The notes: a model not told the origin generated them from the sequence alone. A DNA stretch of 49,460 nucleotides from Candidatus Saccharimonadales bacterium (GCA_036384495.1 DASVMD010000076.1:1-49460); one strand, 5' to 3'. Shown: positions 24,981 through 35,045, numbered from the stretch's first letter. Numbers and translations are program-made.

Positions 24981-26888
24981 GTCCAAGATAGTATTCACCA
25001 TCTCGGCATGACTCCAAACTAGCGGTGCGACACCAATGGGCGCTCCTGAATCAGCATCAAATTGCTCACTGAGTACACCGCTCGGCAACTCGTGATCTAG
25101 GCACCATTGAATAAGAGCAGCCGCCTCGTCGGAACGGCCAGTAGCGAGGTAGAATTGTGCTAGCCACAGTGTGCAGACAATCCAGGGATTGCCTGGGTAT
25201 TGTTGCGCAGCTAAGAAGTAGCCATCACCTGGGTAGCGAATCACGCCACCGGCAGGGGAGCGATTTAGTAGCTGCTCTTCTACTTTTTTGGCGGTGCTGG
25301 CAATCCGAGGATCGTCGAGCGGCAAACCGGCGTACATATATGGTCCATACAAGCTCGAAATATCCAAAACATTGTCGTAGGTGATGGTGCCGTCGTCGTT
25401 GAGCAAAAAGCCTTTTATAAAGTAGCCGTCTTCGTGGTACAGCTTGTCGAGATTAAGGCGGATGCTGGTAGCGGTGCGTCGCCACTGCACGGCATGCTCC
25501 GGGAGCTCTACTAAATCTGCCAGTTTGGCGGCCGTTTCCAGTGCGGCAATCACCGTGCAAACCGTGTATGTAGATGTTAAAAACTTCTGTTCCCAGAGAT
25601 CGTAGCTGGCGTGCGGCAGGCCGGTGGCATCATCTATAAAGCGACACATAAAGTTAGCACAGGGCAAAATAAAAGTCTGAAACATGTTCTGCACGAAGGT
25701 CAGGTCTTTGCTGGCATCGTAGTATTCGCCGATCATAAAGATGACGCTGGCTGTTTCGTCCTCCTGGATAGCCAATTCCTGGCTGCGGCCGTGCACCAAG
25801 GGGTGCCAGGTGCTGCCAATGGCGCGATCCGGCTGATATTTGTGCATCAGGTAGCCGTCCGGATGCATGGTGTCGCGAGCGAAATAAAAGAATTGCTGGG
25901 CTTCGTTGGTGTGCCCAAGGCGTATGAGCGGCCACAGTGCGTAGGAGGCATCTCGCGGCCAGCAGTAACAGTAGTAGTCACGGCCAAAATTAAAGATGCT
26001 GGAGTCACCGCTGGCTAGTACCGAGCCACGTTCGTCGCAGTGGGCTTTAATGGTGAGCAGGCTGCGTTCTAGCGTCTTTCGGTGCAAGCTCGGTACTTCC
26101 ACGTTGCCGCTGCCCAGCCACGCTTGCCAGTGTTGGCGGGCGTGCCGCAGCCGATCTTCCATGGCTACTTTGTTAAATTCATTGTGGACGTCCTGGGCGT
26201 CGGTTTGGCTGCTGGCGGCGATTACCCAATAGTCGAGCGTGGTGCTTTGGCCGCCGGCCAGTCGCCGCGCAAAGCGGATCACACTATCGACACCGCCATG
26301 CTCCACGAGATTGCCCGACAACTCGCCGTCCTCGGCATCAAAATAGGTGCCAGCCTTGCCCTCAATGGCATAGTTACCCACGGCGTATTGGTCAAATACT
26401 TGGCCATCGCTGAATTTACCGCCGATAGCCAAACACTGCCGCCCCTTGTAATCAAATATGTAGTGCTTTTCGGGCACATAAATGGCCGTATCGGCCCGGC
26501 CAGCGTGCGATATCTGGAAGACCTGATGCATAAATAGGCGCACATCGCGCTCGTGGTCGGCCTGATTAGTGATCGTAATGTGCCTGATTAACGAATTAGT
26601 ATCGATATCGATGTAATCCTGCAGCAGCAGCTCGACTTGCAGCTCGCTCGATTGCGTGCGGATTTGGCTAATGAGAGCACCGTCTTCGTAGAGCACCTCT
26701 GCTTGCCAGCTGCCGTCATCGGTCCAACGAAAGGCGCCGTCCACCCAAACGCCAATTTTGTGGTGGATGCTGCGAGCGTTGGTTAAGTTTTCGAGTCCGA
26801 CATAAGGGTAGTAGAAATCATGCACCAGGCCATTTTCGTCCATGCCAATGAACATTTGACCGTTGCTGAGGACAATTGGCCGGCCCAT
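24939..26888 (-). CDS. glycoside hydrolase family 15 (glucoamylase/glucodextranase-like)
   Basis: 649 aa. The N-terminal beta-sandwich region is followed by an (alpha/alpha)6-type region with CWPRDASYALWPL, LWEQKF..., PLVWSHAEM-type motifs typical of GH15. Its start overlaps the GH57 stop (TAATG on the minus strand). Confidence 0.87.
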   Translation of the reverse strand: MGRPIVLSNGQMFIGMDENGLVHDFYYPYVGLENLTNARSIHHKIGVWVDGAFRWTDDGSWQAEVLYEDGALISQIRTQSSELQVELLLQDYIDIDTNSLIRHITITNQADHERDVRLFMHQVFQISHAGRADTAIYVPEKHYIFDYKGRQCLAIGGKFSDGQVFDQYAVGNYAIEGKAGTYFDAEDGELSGNLVEHGGVDSVIRFARRLAGGQSTTLDYWVIAASSQTDAQDVHNEFNKVAMEDRLRHARQHWQAWLGSGNVEVPSLHRKTLERSLLTIKAHCDERGSVLASGDSSIFNFGRDYYCYCWPRDASYALWPLIRLGHTNEAQQFFYFARDTMHPDGYLMHKYQPDRAIGSTWHPLVHGRSQELAIQEDETASVIFMIGEYYDASKDLTFVQNMFQTFILPCANFMCRFIDDATGLPHASYDLWEQKFLTSTYTVCTVIAALETAAKLADLVELPEHAVQWRRTATSIRLNLDKLYHEDGYFIKGFLLNDDGTITYDNVLDISSLYGPYMYAGLPLDDPRIASTAKKVEEQLLNRSPAGGVIRYPGDGYFLAAQQYPGNPWIVCTLWLAQFYLATGRSDEAAALIQWCLDHELPSGVLSEQFDADSGAPIGVAPLVWSHAEMVNTILDLSSTTPESSVSFK

Positions 26889-28087
26889 TAATTTGCCTCC
26901 ATCAGGCGGAATTTGAGGTCGCGAAAGGCATTCATGAAATTAATATAGGCCTCGTACGGTGTTTTATAGGGGCTGAAGTAGGCGTGAATATCGCCATCGT
27001 TGAACCACTTAGTGCACATGTAGTAGAAGTGGTCGGAGGTTTGCAGCTTGCGCCAATCTTCGATCAACGCCCAGTCGCCGGTGGCCAAAATGTCGCTTTC
27101 CAACGCATACAGATCAGTTATAGAGCTAGATTGCATGGCATTACCTAGCCAAGCCGATAGATCACGCTCGGTGTCGGCCCAGGTGATCGTACCGGGCGAA
27201 TCAATGCTCCCAACAGGGGTAAAGCTGTCAATAGCCTCGGAAACGGTCATAAAGGTGTGCCTGGGAGTTTTAAGCCACTCCTTGGGCAGGTGTTCCAAGA
27301 AGTCAAAAATGCCGGATTCCTGCCACTGGTGCTCGCCAAAGGTCTCGTAGTCCATGAATAGGTTAAAGTTGGTGGCGTCGCCGTCTTCACTGAGCCAATG
27401 GGCGAATTTATCGGCAGTTAGCGGCCATTCTTTCCAGTCTCGGTCGCCAAAACGAAAGGCGATATCATCGCTCAGCTTGTAGTTTTTCATGAGCAGGCGG
27501 ATATTGTCGGTATGCTCGGGGCGGTACACGTAATTTGGGCTGCGCCAATCCAATACGGGATCCCAGCCCTCGGCCAGAATTCCCTTATAACCGGCTTGAT
27601 CCGCCCAATAAGCCAGATCATTGTTGTAGGCCAACTCGGTGTTGCGGAAGACCTGCGGCGTTTGGCCGAACAGTTCTTGCACTTTTTGGCGGTGCATTTC
27701 GACCTGCACTTCGAACTCAGCACGCGAATAAAAGAAGGCCAGGCTGTGATGGTAGGTTTCGGCCACGATCTCGACGCGGCCAGTGGCACACAGCTCCTGA
27801 AATGACTGCAAGGCCTCGGGTGCCCACGCCTGTAACTGCTCCAGCACCGTGCCGGTAATAGATAAACTGAGCTTAAATTCGGGATTTTGCCGCAAAAGCT
27901 CCAGCAAACGCGCATTGGTTGGCAGGTACGACTTTTGGGCGACTTTTTGCAGGATTCGCTGGTTGCTTTCTTGGGAGTCATAGGGCGCATCAAAGTAATC
28001 GTGGCGCACGGCGGTGTCAAACACGGTGTAATGCCGCACGCGATACGGCTGGTGGACGTGCAGGTATAGCACAATCGCTTTGCTCAT
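26888..28087 (-). CDS. glycoside hydrolase family 57 (alpha-glucan acting enzyme)
   Basis: 399 aa with a GH57-type N-terminus (IVLYLHVHQPYRV), the motifs ...VEIVAETYHHSL... and ...MDYETFGEH. Its start overlaps the glycosyltransferase stop (ATGA). Confidence 0.85.
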   Translation of the reverse strand: MSKAIVLYLHVHQPYRVRHYTVFDTAVRHDYFDAPYDSQESNQRILQKVAQKSYLPTNARLLELLRQNPEFKLSLSITGTVLEQLQAWAPEALQSFQELCATGRVEIVAETYHHSLAFFYSRAEFEVQVEMHRQKVQELFGQTPQVFRNTELAYNNDLAYWADQAGYKGILAEGWDPVLDWRSPNYVYRPEHTDNIRLLMKNYKLSDDIAFRFGDRDWKEWPLTADKFAHWLSEDGDATNFNLFMDYETFGEHQWQESGIFDFLEHLPKEWLKTPRHTFMTVSEAIDSFTPVGSIDSPGTITWADTERDLSAWLGNAMQSSSITDLYALESDILATGDWALIEDWRKLQTSDHFYYMCTKWFNDGDIHAYFSPYKTPYEAYINFMNAFRDLKFRLMEAN

Positions 28088-29289
28088 GCCGCTGCCCCCA
28101 CCGCGTGATCCTGGTATAACTGGGCCACTTTGTGGCTGGCATCGTCCCAGGAGAGCTTTTGATACTCGACCTGGGCGTTTTGCAGCAGTTCGTCGCGCAG
28201 CGGGTCACTGAGCATAACGGCGGCGATCTGGTTGGCCATTTCGTTGATATCCCAATAATCGACTTTTAGGCAGTTGTTGAGCACTTCGCTGACCCCTGAT
28301 TGCTTGCTGACCAGCGCCGGTGTGCCGTAGCCAATGGCCTCCAGCGGCGTCAGGCCAAAGGGCTCAGAGACCGAAGGCATCACAAACAGATCACCAATAC
28401 CAAAAGCATCGCGCCAGCGTTTACCGCGCTGGAAGTCGGCAAACAGCACGTTGGGCCCGATGTCGAGTTCGGCAGCTAGCTCAATAAGCTCGTACGATTG
28501 CTCGCCGCTGCCGACAATCAAAAATAGGGTTTTGGGTGCTTTGGCAATGACTTGCTGCGCTGCTCGTAACAGATTGGGCAGGCCTTTTTGGACGGTTAAA
28601 CGGCCGACATTGACCACCACGCGGTAGCCCTGAGCTTTCATGGCTTCCAGATAGCGATAGGCGGTGCTGTCGTCGAGTGGCGTCAGCGAATCGGCATCGA
28701 TGCTGTTATGGATGACTTCTATCTTGCTAGCAGGCACCAAATAGTCGCGAACAATGGCATTTTTGGTGTGTTGACTAACAGCGATAATGCGGTCGGCCAG
28801 ATGCATAGACGTTTCTTCGATTTCACGCACCAGTGGGTTACCCGGTCCGCTGCCGGCGCGATCCGACTCTACAGAGTGGACATGCAAAATTATGGGGCAG
28901 TTTTTGAGCTCTTTCACGCGCAAGGCGGCGCGGAAGGTCAGCCAGTCGTGGGCGTGCACCACGTCGAACTCTTTTTCGTCCACCATCCGGGCTACGGCGT
29001 GCTCGTAGAGTTTTTGCTGATCAAAGACGTCGAGCCACTCCTCAGAACCGTCTTTGTGTATGTATTTGTGGCTGTCATAGGCGATGCCGGAGCGCAGCAC
29101 GGTGGCGGCGTCTTGAGGAGTGGCGGCGGTGATATTCATAAAATCAATGCCGTGCTCGGCCTGGTAGGGCAGGATAAATTCAATGCTAAGATCTTTTTTG
29201 GAGAGGGCTTTACAGAGGTGGTAGCAAGCAATGCCCAGCCCACCGCTATTATGGGGAGGTAACTCCCATCCCAGCATTAATACCTTCAT
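28084..29289 (-). CDS. GT4/GT5-type glycosyltransferase, glycogen (alpha-glucan) synthase-like
   Basis: 401 aa with a glycogen-synthase-like N-terminus (MKVLMLGWELPPHNSGGLGIACYHLCKAL) and the E-x7-E region (PSVSEPFGLTPLEAIGYGTP). It is the first gene of a three-gene operon with GH57 and GH15. Confidence 0.85.
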   Translation of the reverse strand: MKVLMLGWELPPHNSGGLGIACYHLCKALSKKDLSIEFILPYQAEHGIDFMNITAATPQDAATVLRSGIAYDSHKYIHKDGSEEWLDVFDQQKLYEHAVARMVDEKEFDVVHAHDWLTFRAALRVKELKNCPIILHVHSVESDRAGSGPGNPLVREIEETSMHLADRIIAVSQHTKNAIVRDYLVPASKIEVIHNSIDADSLTPLDDSTAYRYLEAMKAQGYRVVVNVGRLTVQKGLPNLLRAAQQVIAKAPKTLFLIVGSGEQSYELIELAAELDIGPNVLFADFQRGKRWRDAFGIGDLFVMPSVSEPFGLTPLEAIGYGTPALVSKQSGVSEVLNNCLKVDYWDINEMANQIAAVMLSDPLRDELLQNAQVEYQKLSWDDASHKVAQLYQDHAVGAAA

Positions 29290-29390
29290 TCCTCTGTTCG
29301 CCGCCCCTTTTTGATTTGAATACCTACAATTATAGGTCTGTTACCTCTTTAGCACAAGCGTAATAGCGCGTATTTGGCCGGAGTTAATAA

Positions 29391-30200
29391 TTATTTAACA
29401 AGTTGGGGTTGCGGCGGCGTCGTTCGCGGCGTAAAAACAATGGCATTGTAGATCGGGAAACCCTCGCTTGATTCTTCATAATCAGTTCGTGGTTTATTGA
29501 GGAGCTGGCCCGCGCTGATATGGGTTGACGAGCTGCCGCCATCCAAGTTTAAGGCTGACTCTACGCCTAAGCTTTTCATAAATCCAGCTAATTCGTGGAG
29601 GTAGAGTCCTGCATCTTTAGGGTGGCGCCCATCGGCAGAAATTGTCCAGATATACTGCCCGTTGCAGCCAATGGCTGCGCGAGGGTAGCGTTCGGCGGTG
29701 ATGTCGGCATCGTGCTGGTGTGCGGTTTGGGAGAACTTCTCTGGATCGCTGCGGAGCGAACGATGAGTTACGTCATTGTCGTGGAGCAGCAAAGGGCCGG
29801 CCTGCAACAAGTCTCCTTCTGGTGTCTCTGGTAGGACATGCCGAGGCCCAAGCTGGATGTTGCCTTCAGCATCAACGTGAATGCTACCACGACGAGGGCC
29901 ATGATCACTGTCAAATGGCACAAATGGCAGCGGCTGGCCCTGCACATGCAACTCTCCAAGTGGTTGGCCTATAGATCGCAAAAAGAAGCCGCCATTAATT
30001 GCATCGTGATAACTGTTTTCGCGGCACCATTCAAGCAGTGGTGTGGCCTCTGTAAAAGTGACTACTTGCGCTTGGAAAGCAGTCCGGGCGTATTGCGCGT
30101 AATGGATGGTCGTACGTTGGCCGTCGGAAAGCTCTAACTCAGCGTGACCGATAATAGGCTGAGGAGTAAGTGGCAGTTCGTATGTCTGCTGCAGAGCCAT
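29391..30200 (-). CDS. phosphodiester glycosidase family (NAGPA/DUF2233-like) protein
   Basis: 269 aa. The motifs AINGGFF and ALNLDGGSSS are characteristic of this family, recalled from memory. Confidence 0.65.
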   Translation of the reverse strand: MALQQTYELPLTPQPIIGHAELELSDGQRTTIHYAQYARTAFQAQVVTFTEATPLLEWCRENSYHDAINGGFFLRSIGQPLGELHVQGQPLPFVPFDSDHGPRRGSIHVDAEGNIQLGPRHVLPETPEGDLLQAGPLLLHDNDVTHRSLRSDPEKFSQTAHQHDADITAERYPRAAIGCNGQYIWTISADGRHPKDAGLYLHELAGFMKSLGVESALNLDGGSSSTHISAGQLLNKPRTDYEESSEGFPIYNAIVFTPRTTPPQPQLVK

Positions 30201-30208
30201 GCTTACGC

Positions 30209-31168
30209 TTACTGTAGCAGGCTTTTTGACAGAATCAAGCCTTTTTTGGGCGCCAGCACACGACGACCGTACAATTCCGCCAGTACACCGTACAAAACCC
30301 CCAAACCAACAATGGTGACGCGCATAACCAAAGTGGAAGCCACAGCTTGCCCAACGGTGACATCAGATAACAGCAGCACCCCGATAGCGCTGTGTTCGCT
30401 GGCTCCAAAGCCACCCGGCAACAGAGAGAAGAAGCCAACCAAGATAGGAATCACGTAAAACAGGGCCGCATGGAAAATATTAAGATGGCCACCCAGACCC
30501 ACAACGGAGGTGTAAGCTATTGCGGCACCGATCAATTCCGTAAGTATCGACAGCCCGAACAAAAATGGTAGGCGTTTACGTGTCAAAACAGCGGCGTGAC
30601 GTTTGTTCAAATCGTCGATAGTTTTTTCTGTTACGTTCACAAACGGCAATTTATTGAGCAAACGGACAAAACCAACCAGGTGCCCAGCCCTGATTGCCAA
30701 CACACAAGCAATCACCATCATACCAAAGACAAGAAACGGCAAGCGCAGCGTTTGTAACGCCAGAGCACTCACGAAAGCAACACTACCAAGTGCCGCACCC
30801 TCCAAAAGGCCTTGCAACGTAAACTGGGGAATAGACTTACTCAAAGGAACGCCAGTATAGCGCTCTAAGGCGTGCGAGCGGTAAATTTCTCCGGCCGGCA
30901 ACAAACTGACCGGCTGAGCGCTGATATAGCTCACCACCACCGGCCGAAGCTGCACCTTTTTGATGCCCATAGCCCGCAATAAGTACCAATAACGGGCTAC
31001 TTTTGAGCCATAATACAGCAAGCTCAGCCCAACCAAGATAAGGATCGTACTGAGGTCCAGGTCAGCTAAAATGTGACCGACCTGCCCCCATGGAGCATAC
31101 CCGGCTAAGATGGCCAGCAAAATAACGCTAATAATTACCGGTATAACTCGTTTGGCGGTCTTTTTCAT
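30209..31168 (-). CDS. polytopic membrane protein, lysylphosphatidylglycerol-synthase TM-region (UPF0104)-like
   Basis: 319 aa with about 8 hydrophobic segments. Overall architecture and the N-terminal basic/TM pattern are reminiscent of the LPG_synthase_TM family. No catalytic domain is attached. Confidence 0.5.
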   Translation of the reverse strand: MKKTAKRVIPVIISVILLAILAGYAPWGQVGHILADLDLSTILILVGLSLLYYGSKVARYWYLLRAMGIKKVQLRPVVVSYISAQPVSLLPAGEIYRSHALERYTGVPLSKSIPQFTLQGLLEGAALGSVAFVSALALQTLRLPFLVFGMMVIACVLAIRAGHLVGFVRLLNKLPFVNVTEKTIDDLNKRHAAVLTRKRLPFLFGLSILTELIGAAIAYTSVVGLGGHLNIFHAALFYVIPILVGFFSLLPGGFGASEHSAIGVLLLSDVTVGQAVASTLVMRVTIVGLGVLYGVLAELYGRRVLAPKKGLILSKSLLQ

Positions 31169-31258
31169 GTCTTACTAGTGTACTATCCTTGGTCGTAGTA
31201 ATTTTGTATTTGCCAGACTAGTTATACAGAAAAACATTTTTCAGGATATAATAGGCTT

Positions 31259-31699
31259 ATGAGAATTGGTAAAGAGCTCGCGGCTATCACGTCAGTTGGT
31301 ATTGCATGTGCCACCAGCGCTTGCGGCCTTTACGACACGCCGCCAGACGAAAGCATGCGAGTATTCTGTGATAACGATCCTGCGGCTGCAATCATTGTCA
31401 ATTTTGCCCAGCTTGGGCTCAGACGTAACCACCCTCTGACTCTTGAGGTTGCTGACCAGCATGAGAAGATGAAAATTAAGATACGTATGGCTGGCCGAAT
31501 TAGTATACATGGCCAAGAAGTTACATCTCGGGACGCAGGTAAAGTGATAGCTACGCTGCCCACGGCACGAGTACTGGCAGGCACGGCAGCACCAAGTCCA
31601 GATAGTGGTTACTATGCCGGCGACAAAGGCCTCACTCTTGCGTGCAACCAGGCAACAATAGACGACATGCGCCACAACTCCCTTATAGTAGCTAAATAA
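31259..31699 (+). CDS. hypothetical secreted protein / possible lipoprotein
   Basis: 146 aa with an N-terminal signal-like segment and Cys residues (AITSVGIACATSACGLYD). The lipobox is non-canonical and I recognised no domain. Confidence 0.5.
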   Translation: MRIGKELAAITSVGIACATSACGLYDTPPDESMRVFCDNDPAAAIIVNFAQLGLRRNHPLTLEVADQHEKMKIKIRMAGRISIHGQEVTSRDAGKVIATLPTARVLAGTAAPSPDSGYYAGDKGLTLACNQATIDDMRHNSLIVAK

Positions 31700-31754
31700 T
31701 CAATACCCGTGGGCTGGGGCAGCTTTCGTGGCGTCCTTGACAAGGCCCTACACG

Positions 31755-32141
31755 CTAGTAACTATCTGGATACGCTGGCTTATCGTAATATGCAAGGTAT
31801 GTATCAAGTTCGGTCGAAGTCGCGACGATCCGAGCCGCAAGTGTATCGGTCAAATCACGCATGCAAACCTGCGCACGCGTAGAAGGATCTTCAAAGTCCG
31901 CTGATATCATTCGATAAAAAACGTGGCTACCAGTTTTCTCGTACTTGGCACCTACATCGACCATGTCGTCTGATATTGAATTAACTATATTGGTATATAC
32001 AGTTCCAAATCCAAGGCCTTCTATATAAAAATGACGAGCGAGTTCAACTTCGCCCGCAGCAAGCTCAGCTTCATTTGCAGGATTACCTGTTTCTACATTG
32101 TAAGGCGGGGAAAATAATACGTTGCTTGTAGTCTCTGTCAT
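31755..32141 (-). CDS. hypothetical protein (128 aa)
   Basis: This ORF is preceded on the minus strand by TTACAA-16 nt-TATAAT, with the -10 box 8 nt from the ATG. I recognised no domain. Confidence 0.5.
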   Translation of the reverse strand: MTETTSNVLFSPPYNVETGNPANEAELAAGEVELARHFYIEGLGFGTVYTNIVNSISDDMVDVGAKYEKTGSHVFYRMISADFEDPSTRAQVCMRDLTDTLAARIVATSTELDTYLAYYDKPAYPDSY

Positions 32142-32191
32142 TAAAAGTGATTATACTCTAACGATACATAATTGTAAATATGGCAATATTA

Positions 32192-32266
32192 TGGCAGGGG
32201 CACGTGGAATCGAACCACGATCTAAGGTTTTGGAGACCTTTATACTAACCGTTGTACTATGCCCCT
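32192..32266 (-). tRNA. tRNA-Trp (anticodon CCA), CCA end encoded
   Basis: The reverse complement is AGGGGCATAGTACAACGGTTAGTATAAAGGTCTCCAAAACCTTAGATCGTGGTTCGATTCCACGTGCCCCTGCCA. The anticodon stem is AAGGT/ACCTT with loop CTCCAAA. Confidence 0.9.
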
Positions 32267-32358
32267 AGAACGCCAGGCTCCATCATAATCGAAAAATGAT
32301 ATTTTGTCATCTGTTTTGGCTTTTCAACGTGCGCAAAATCTGCTATAAATGTAACGAC

Positions 32359-33018
32359 ATGGCCAAGATTTATCCAACCAAGCCCTTCTTATTGCTGTTT
32401 TACGGCTTTCCAGGCTCCGGCAAAACCTACTTTGCGCGTCAATTTTGCGACAATGTTCAGGCTGCGCATTTACAGGCTGACCGTATCCGTGGCGAACTGT
32501 TTGATAACCCCCGTTACGACAAGCAAGAAAACGCCATCGTCACGCATCTCATGAACTATATGACTGAGGAATTTTTGTCGGCCGGTGTATCTGTTGCCTA
32601 CGACATGAACTCACTGCGCGCCAAGCAGCGTCACGAGCTGCGTAACCTAGCCCGCAAATGCCACGCTACACCGCTGTTAGTTTGGTTCCAGATGGATGCC
32701 GACACCGCCTTTAGCCGCAACCAAAAGCGCGACCGTCGACGCGCCGACGACAAATATGCTGCCAGCTGGGATCGCAGTAGTTTTGAAAACGTCGTTGGCG
32801 GCATGCAAAATCCGGTTGTCGCCGAGGATTACGTGGTGGTCAGCGGCAAGCACCTCTTTAACATGCAGCAAAGCGCGGTGATCAGTAAGCTGCGCGACCT
32901 CGGTGTTTTGAGCCTGGACGACGCTAATGCCAAAGTAGTAAAACCTGGCATGGTCAATCTGGTACCTAACTCGCAAGGGCGCGTTGATATGACTCGCCGC
33001 AACATCTCAATTCGGTAA
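32359..33018 (+). CDS. P-loop kinase/ATPase (AAA_33 / zeta-toxin-like fold)
   Basis: I chose the ATG at 32359 (MAKIYPTKPFLLLFYGFPGSGKTYFARQF). The Walker A motif GFPGSGKT sits near the N-terminus. The upstream 21 codons of the track ORF look non-coding. Confidence 0.62.
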   Translation: MAKIYPTKPFLLLFYGFPGSGKTYFARQFCDNVQAAHLQADRIRGELFDNPRYDKQENAIVTHLMNYMTEEFLSAGVSVAYDMNSLRAKQRHELRNLARKCHATPLLVWFQMDADTAFSRNQKRDRRRADDKYAASWDRSSFENVVGGMQNPVVAEDYVVVSGKHLFNMQQSAVISKLRDLGVLSLDDANAKVVKPGMVNLVPNSQGRVDMTRRNISIR

Positions 33019-33027
33019 CAAAAAACT

Positions 33028-33732
33028 ATGGCATTTAAGCAGTTCGCGCTCAATGAGCGCATCTCAGTCACCATTTATAAACGCAAATCGAGCCGCAGCC
33101 TAAAGCTCAGCATTGCCTCCGATGGCACGGTCAAGATGAGCATTCCTACCTGGACGCCGTATCAAGCAGGTCTGGCTTTTGCTAAATCACGACTGGGGTG
33201 GATCGAAGCCCAACGCCAGCCACCTAAGCACCTTAGCCACGGCCAGGCAATTGGCAAAGCACACCATTTGCACCTAGTTGAGCGACCCGGTGCAACATCG
33301 GTCAAGTCGCGGGTTATGGCCTCCGAAATTTATATCAGTCACCCCGGTTATATGGCTGCCACAGATCCAAAAGTGCAACAAGCCGCCGAAACAGCCAGCA
33401 TTAAAGCGCTACGTGCTCAAGCTGAGAAATTGTTGCCACAACGCCTTGCTGCGCTGGCCGAAACGCATGGATTTGAATATGGCTCCGTGACAATCAAACG
33501 CCTCAAAGGTCGCTGGGGCAGCTGCGACCAAAATAAAAACATTGTGCTCAATCTGTTTCTTATGGAGCTACCGTGGGATTGCATCGACTACGTGCTGCTT
33601 CACGAGCTCACCCACACGCAAATCCTCAGACACGGACCAGACTTTTGGGGCGCCATGGCCAAAGTCCTGCCAGATCTAAAGCGTATCCGTAAAGAGATGC
33701 GTGGACACCAACCCGTACTGACAACATCCTAG
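33028..33732 (+). CDS. DUF45/YgjP-like (M48-related) zinc metallohydrolase
   Basis: 234 aa with a C-terminal HELTH motif followed by ...GPDFW (VLLHELTHTQILRHGPDFW), typical of the DUF45 family. Confidence 0.8.
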   Translation: MAFKQFALNERISVTIYKRKSSRSLKLSIASDGTVKMSIPTWTPYQAGLAFAKSRLGWIEAQRQPPKHLSHGQAIGKAHHLHLVERPGATSVKSRVMASEIYISHPGYMAATDPKVQQAAETASIKALRAQAEKLLPQRLAALAETHGFEYGSVTIKRLKGRWGSCDQNKNIVLNLFLMELPWDCIDYVLLHELTHTQILRHGPDFWGAMAKVLPDLKRIRKEMRGHQPVLTTS

Positions 33733-33752
33733 CGGTGTGACATAATAGCCTC

Positions 33753-34847
33753 ATGCCGCTTACGTCTACTGAAACACCCTCAGACGCGCTGGACCACCAG
33801 CGCCTCACCAGCCTAGTGAACAGCATGGCCGACGGCGTGATTGCCATCGACCAAAACACCAATATCGTCATGTATAACGCCGCCGCTTTGAATATCTTGG
33901 ATGTTAACACCATCCCCGTAGGCAGTGCTCTGGGCACGTTGTTTCGGCCGTTCGACAAAGAGGGGCAGCCGTTTGATATTATCGAAACCATCAAGTCTAC
34001 CACTGTGCCCACTACTAACCGTGACCTACGGCTCAAGTATCACGACGACAGCATCATTAATCTGTACATTAGCATTGCACCCGTAAAGCTGGGCTACGGC
34101 GAAAAGGGGCAGAGCGGTTACGTGATTTTGCTGCGTGACATTACTCGCGAAAAGTCGCTCGAAGAAGAGCGTGACGAGTTTATTAGCGTTGTGAGCCATG
34201 AGCTTCGCACGCCGATTGCCATTGCCGAAGGCAATCTGGGCAACGCCGAATTTATCCTTGAAAAAGGTGACCCCACAGCTATCAAAAAGGCTCTCAAAGA
34301 AGCCCATAACCAGGTGCTTTTCTTGGCCGACATGATTAACGATCTCTCTACACTGAGTCGTGCCGAACGCGGCAAACTAGAGCTTACCGTGGAGCCAATT
34401 AACGTTCACGATCTTGTCACTGAGCTGGTTAGCAGCTACACGCCCGAAGCCACTGCCAAGGGTCTGGAAATCAAAACCGAGATTGACCCCAAACTTGAAC
34501 TATTACAATCCAGCCGCCTCTATGTCCGCGAAATCCTGCAAAACTTCGTTACGAACTCGCTCAAATACACCGCCAAAGGCTCGGTGACTATTCGCGCAGA
34601 GGCCAGCCCCTTAGGCGTACGTTTTGCCGTGCAAGACACCGGCATTGGCATCAGCAAGGCCGACCAGGAGCGCATTTTTGAGAAGTTTTTCCGTTCCGAA
34701 GACTACCGCACCCGCGAAGCCAACGGCACTGGTCTGGGTCTATACGTAACCATGAAACTCACCCATTTGATCCATGCCGAAATCACCGTCACCAGCGAGC
34801 TCAATCAAGGCTCCACGTTCACAATTTTTGTCCCGAATCTAAAATAA
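33753..34847 (+). CDS. soluble sensor histidine kinase (PAS-HisKA-HATPase_c)
   Basis: 364 aa with no TM segment. It has a PAS-like N-terminus, an H-box (FISVVSHELRTPI), an N-box (REILQNFVTNSLKYT), and G-boxes (DTGIGI, GTGLGL). Confidence 0.9.
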   Translation: MPLTSTETPSDALDHQRLTSLVNSMADGVIAIDQNTNIVMYNAAALNILDVNTIPVGSALGTLFRPFDKEGQPFDIIETIKSTTVPTTNRDLRLKYHDDSIINLYISIAPVKLGYGEKGQSGYVILLRDITREKSLEEERDEFISVVSHELRTPIAIAEGNLGNAEFILEKGDPTAIKKALKEAHNQVLFLADMINDLSTLSRAERGKLELTVEPINVHDLVTELVSSYTPEATAKGLEIKTEIDPKLELLQSSRLYVREILQNFVTNSLKYTAKGSVTIRAEASPLGVRFAVQDTGIGISKADQERIFEKFFRSEDYRTREANGTGLGLYVTMKLTHLIHAEITVTSELNQGSTFTIFVPNLK

Positions 34848-35045
34848 GTAGTGACTAGCAGTCGGCTTAGTAGACGTATTATCAAAAGCATTCTGCCCAA
34901 TGAGGGCAAGCAATCCTTGGCCATCAATGTAGTTCAATTGCTCCACGACGCGGCCTAGAAGGGTTTGAGCCGCGAATCGGTCAAGAGCGCGCTCAAGATC
35001 TGTAGATGCTTGTTCCGGAGAGCCTGCCATACCGGTAATTATACC

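Noticed and set aside
34839-35030. 63-aa minus-strand ORF between the histidine kinase and the GT2 gene.
   Set aside because: It is short, overlaps the kinase 3' end by 9 nt, has only a weak AGGG SD-like element and has no motif. It may be real, since it lies downstream of the GT2 gene on the same strand, but I cannot support it.
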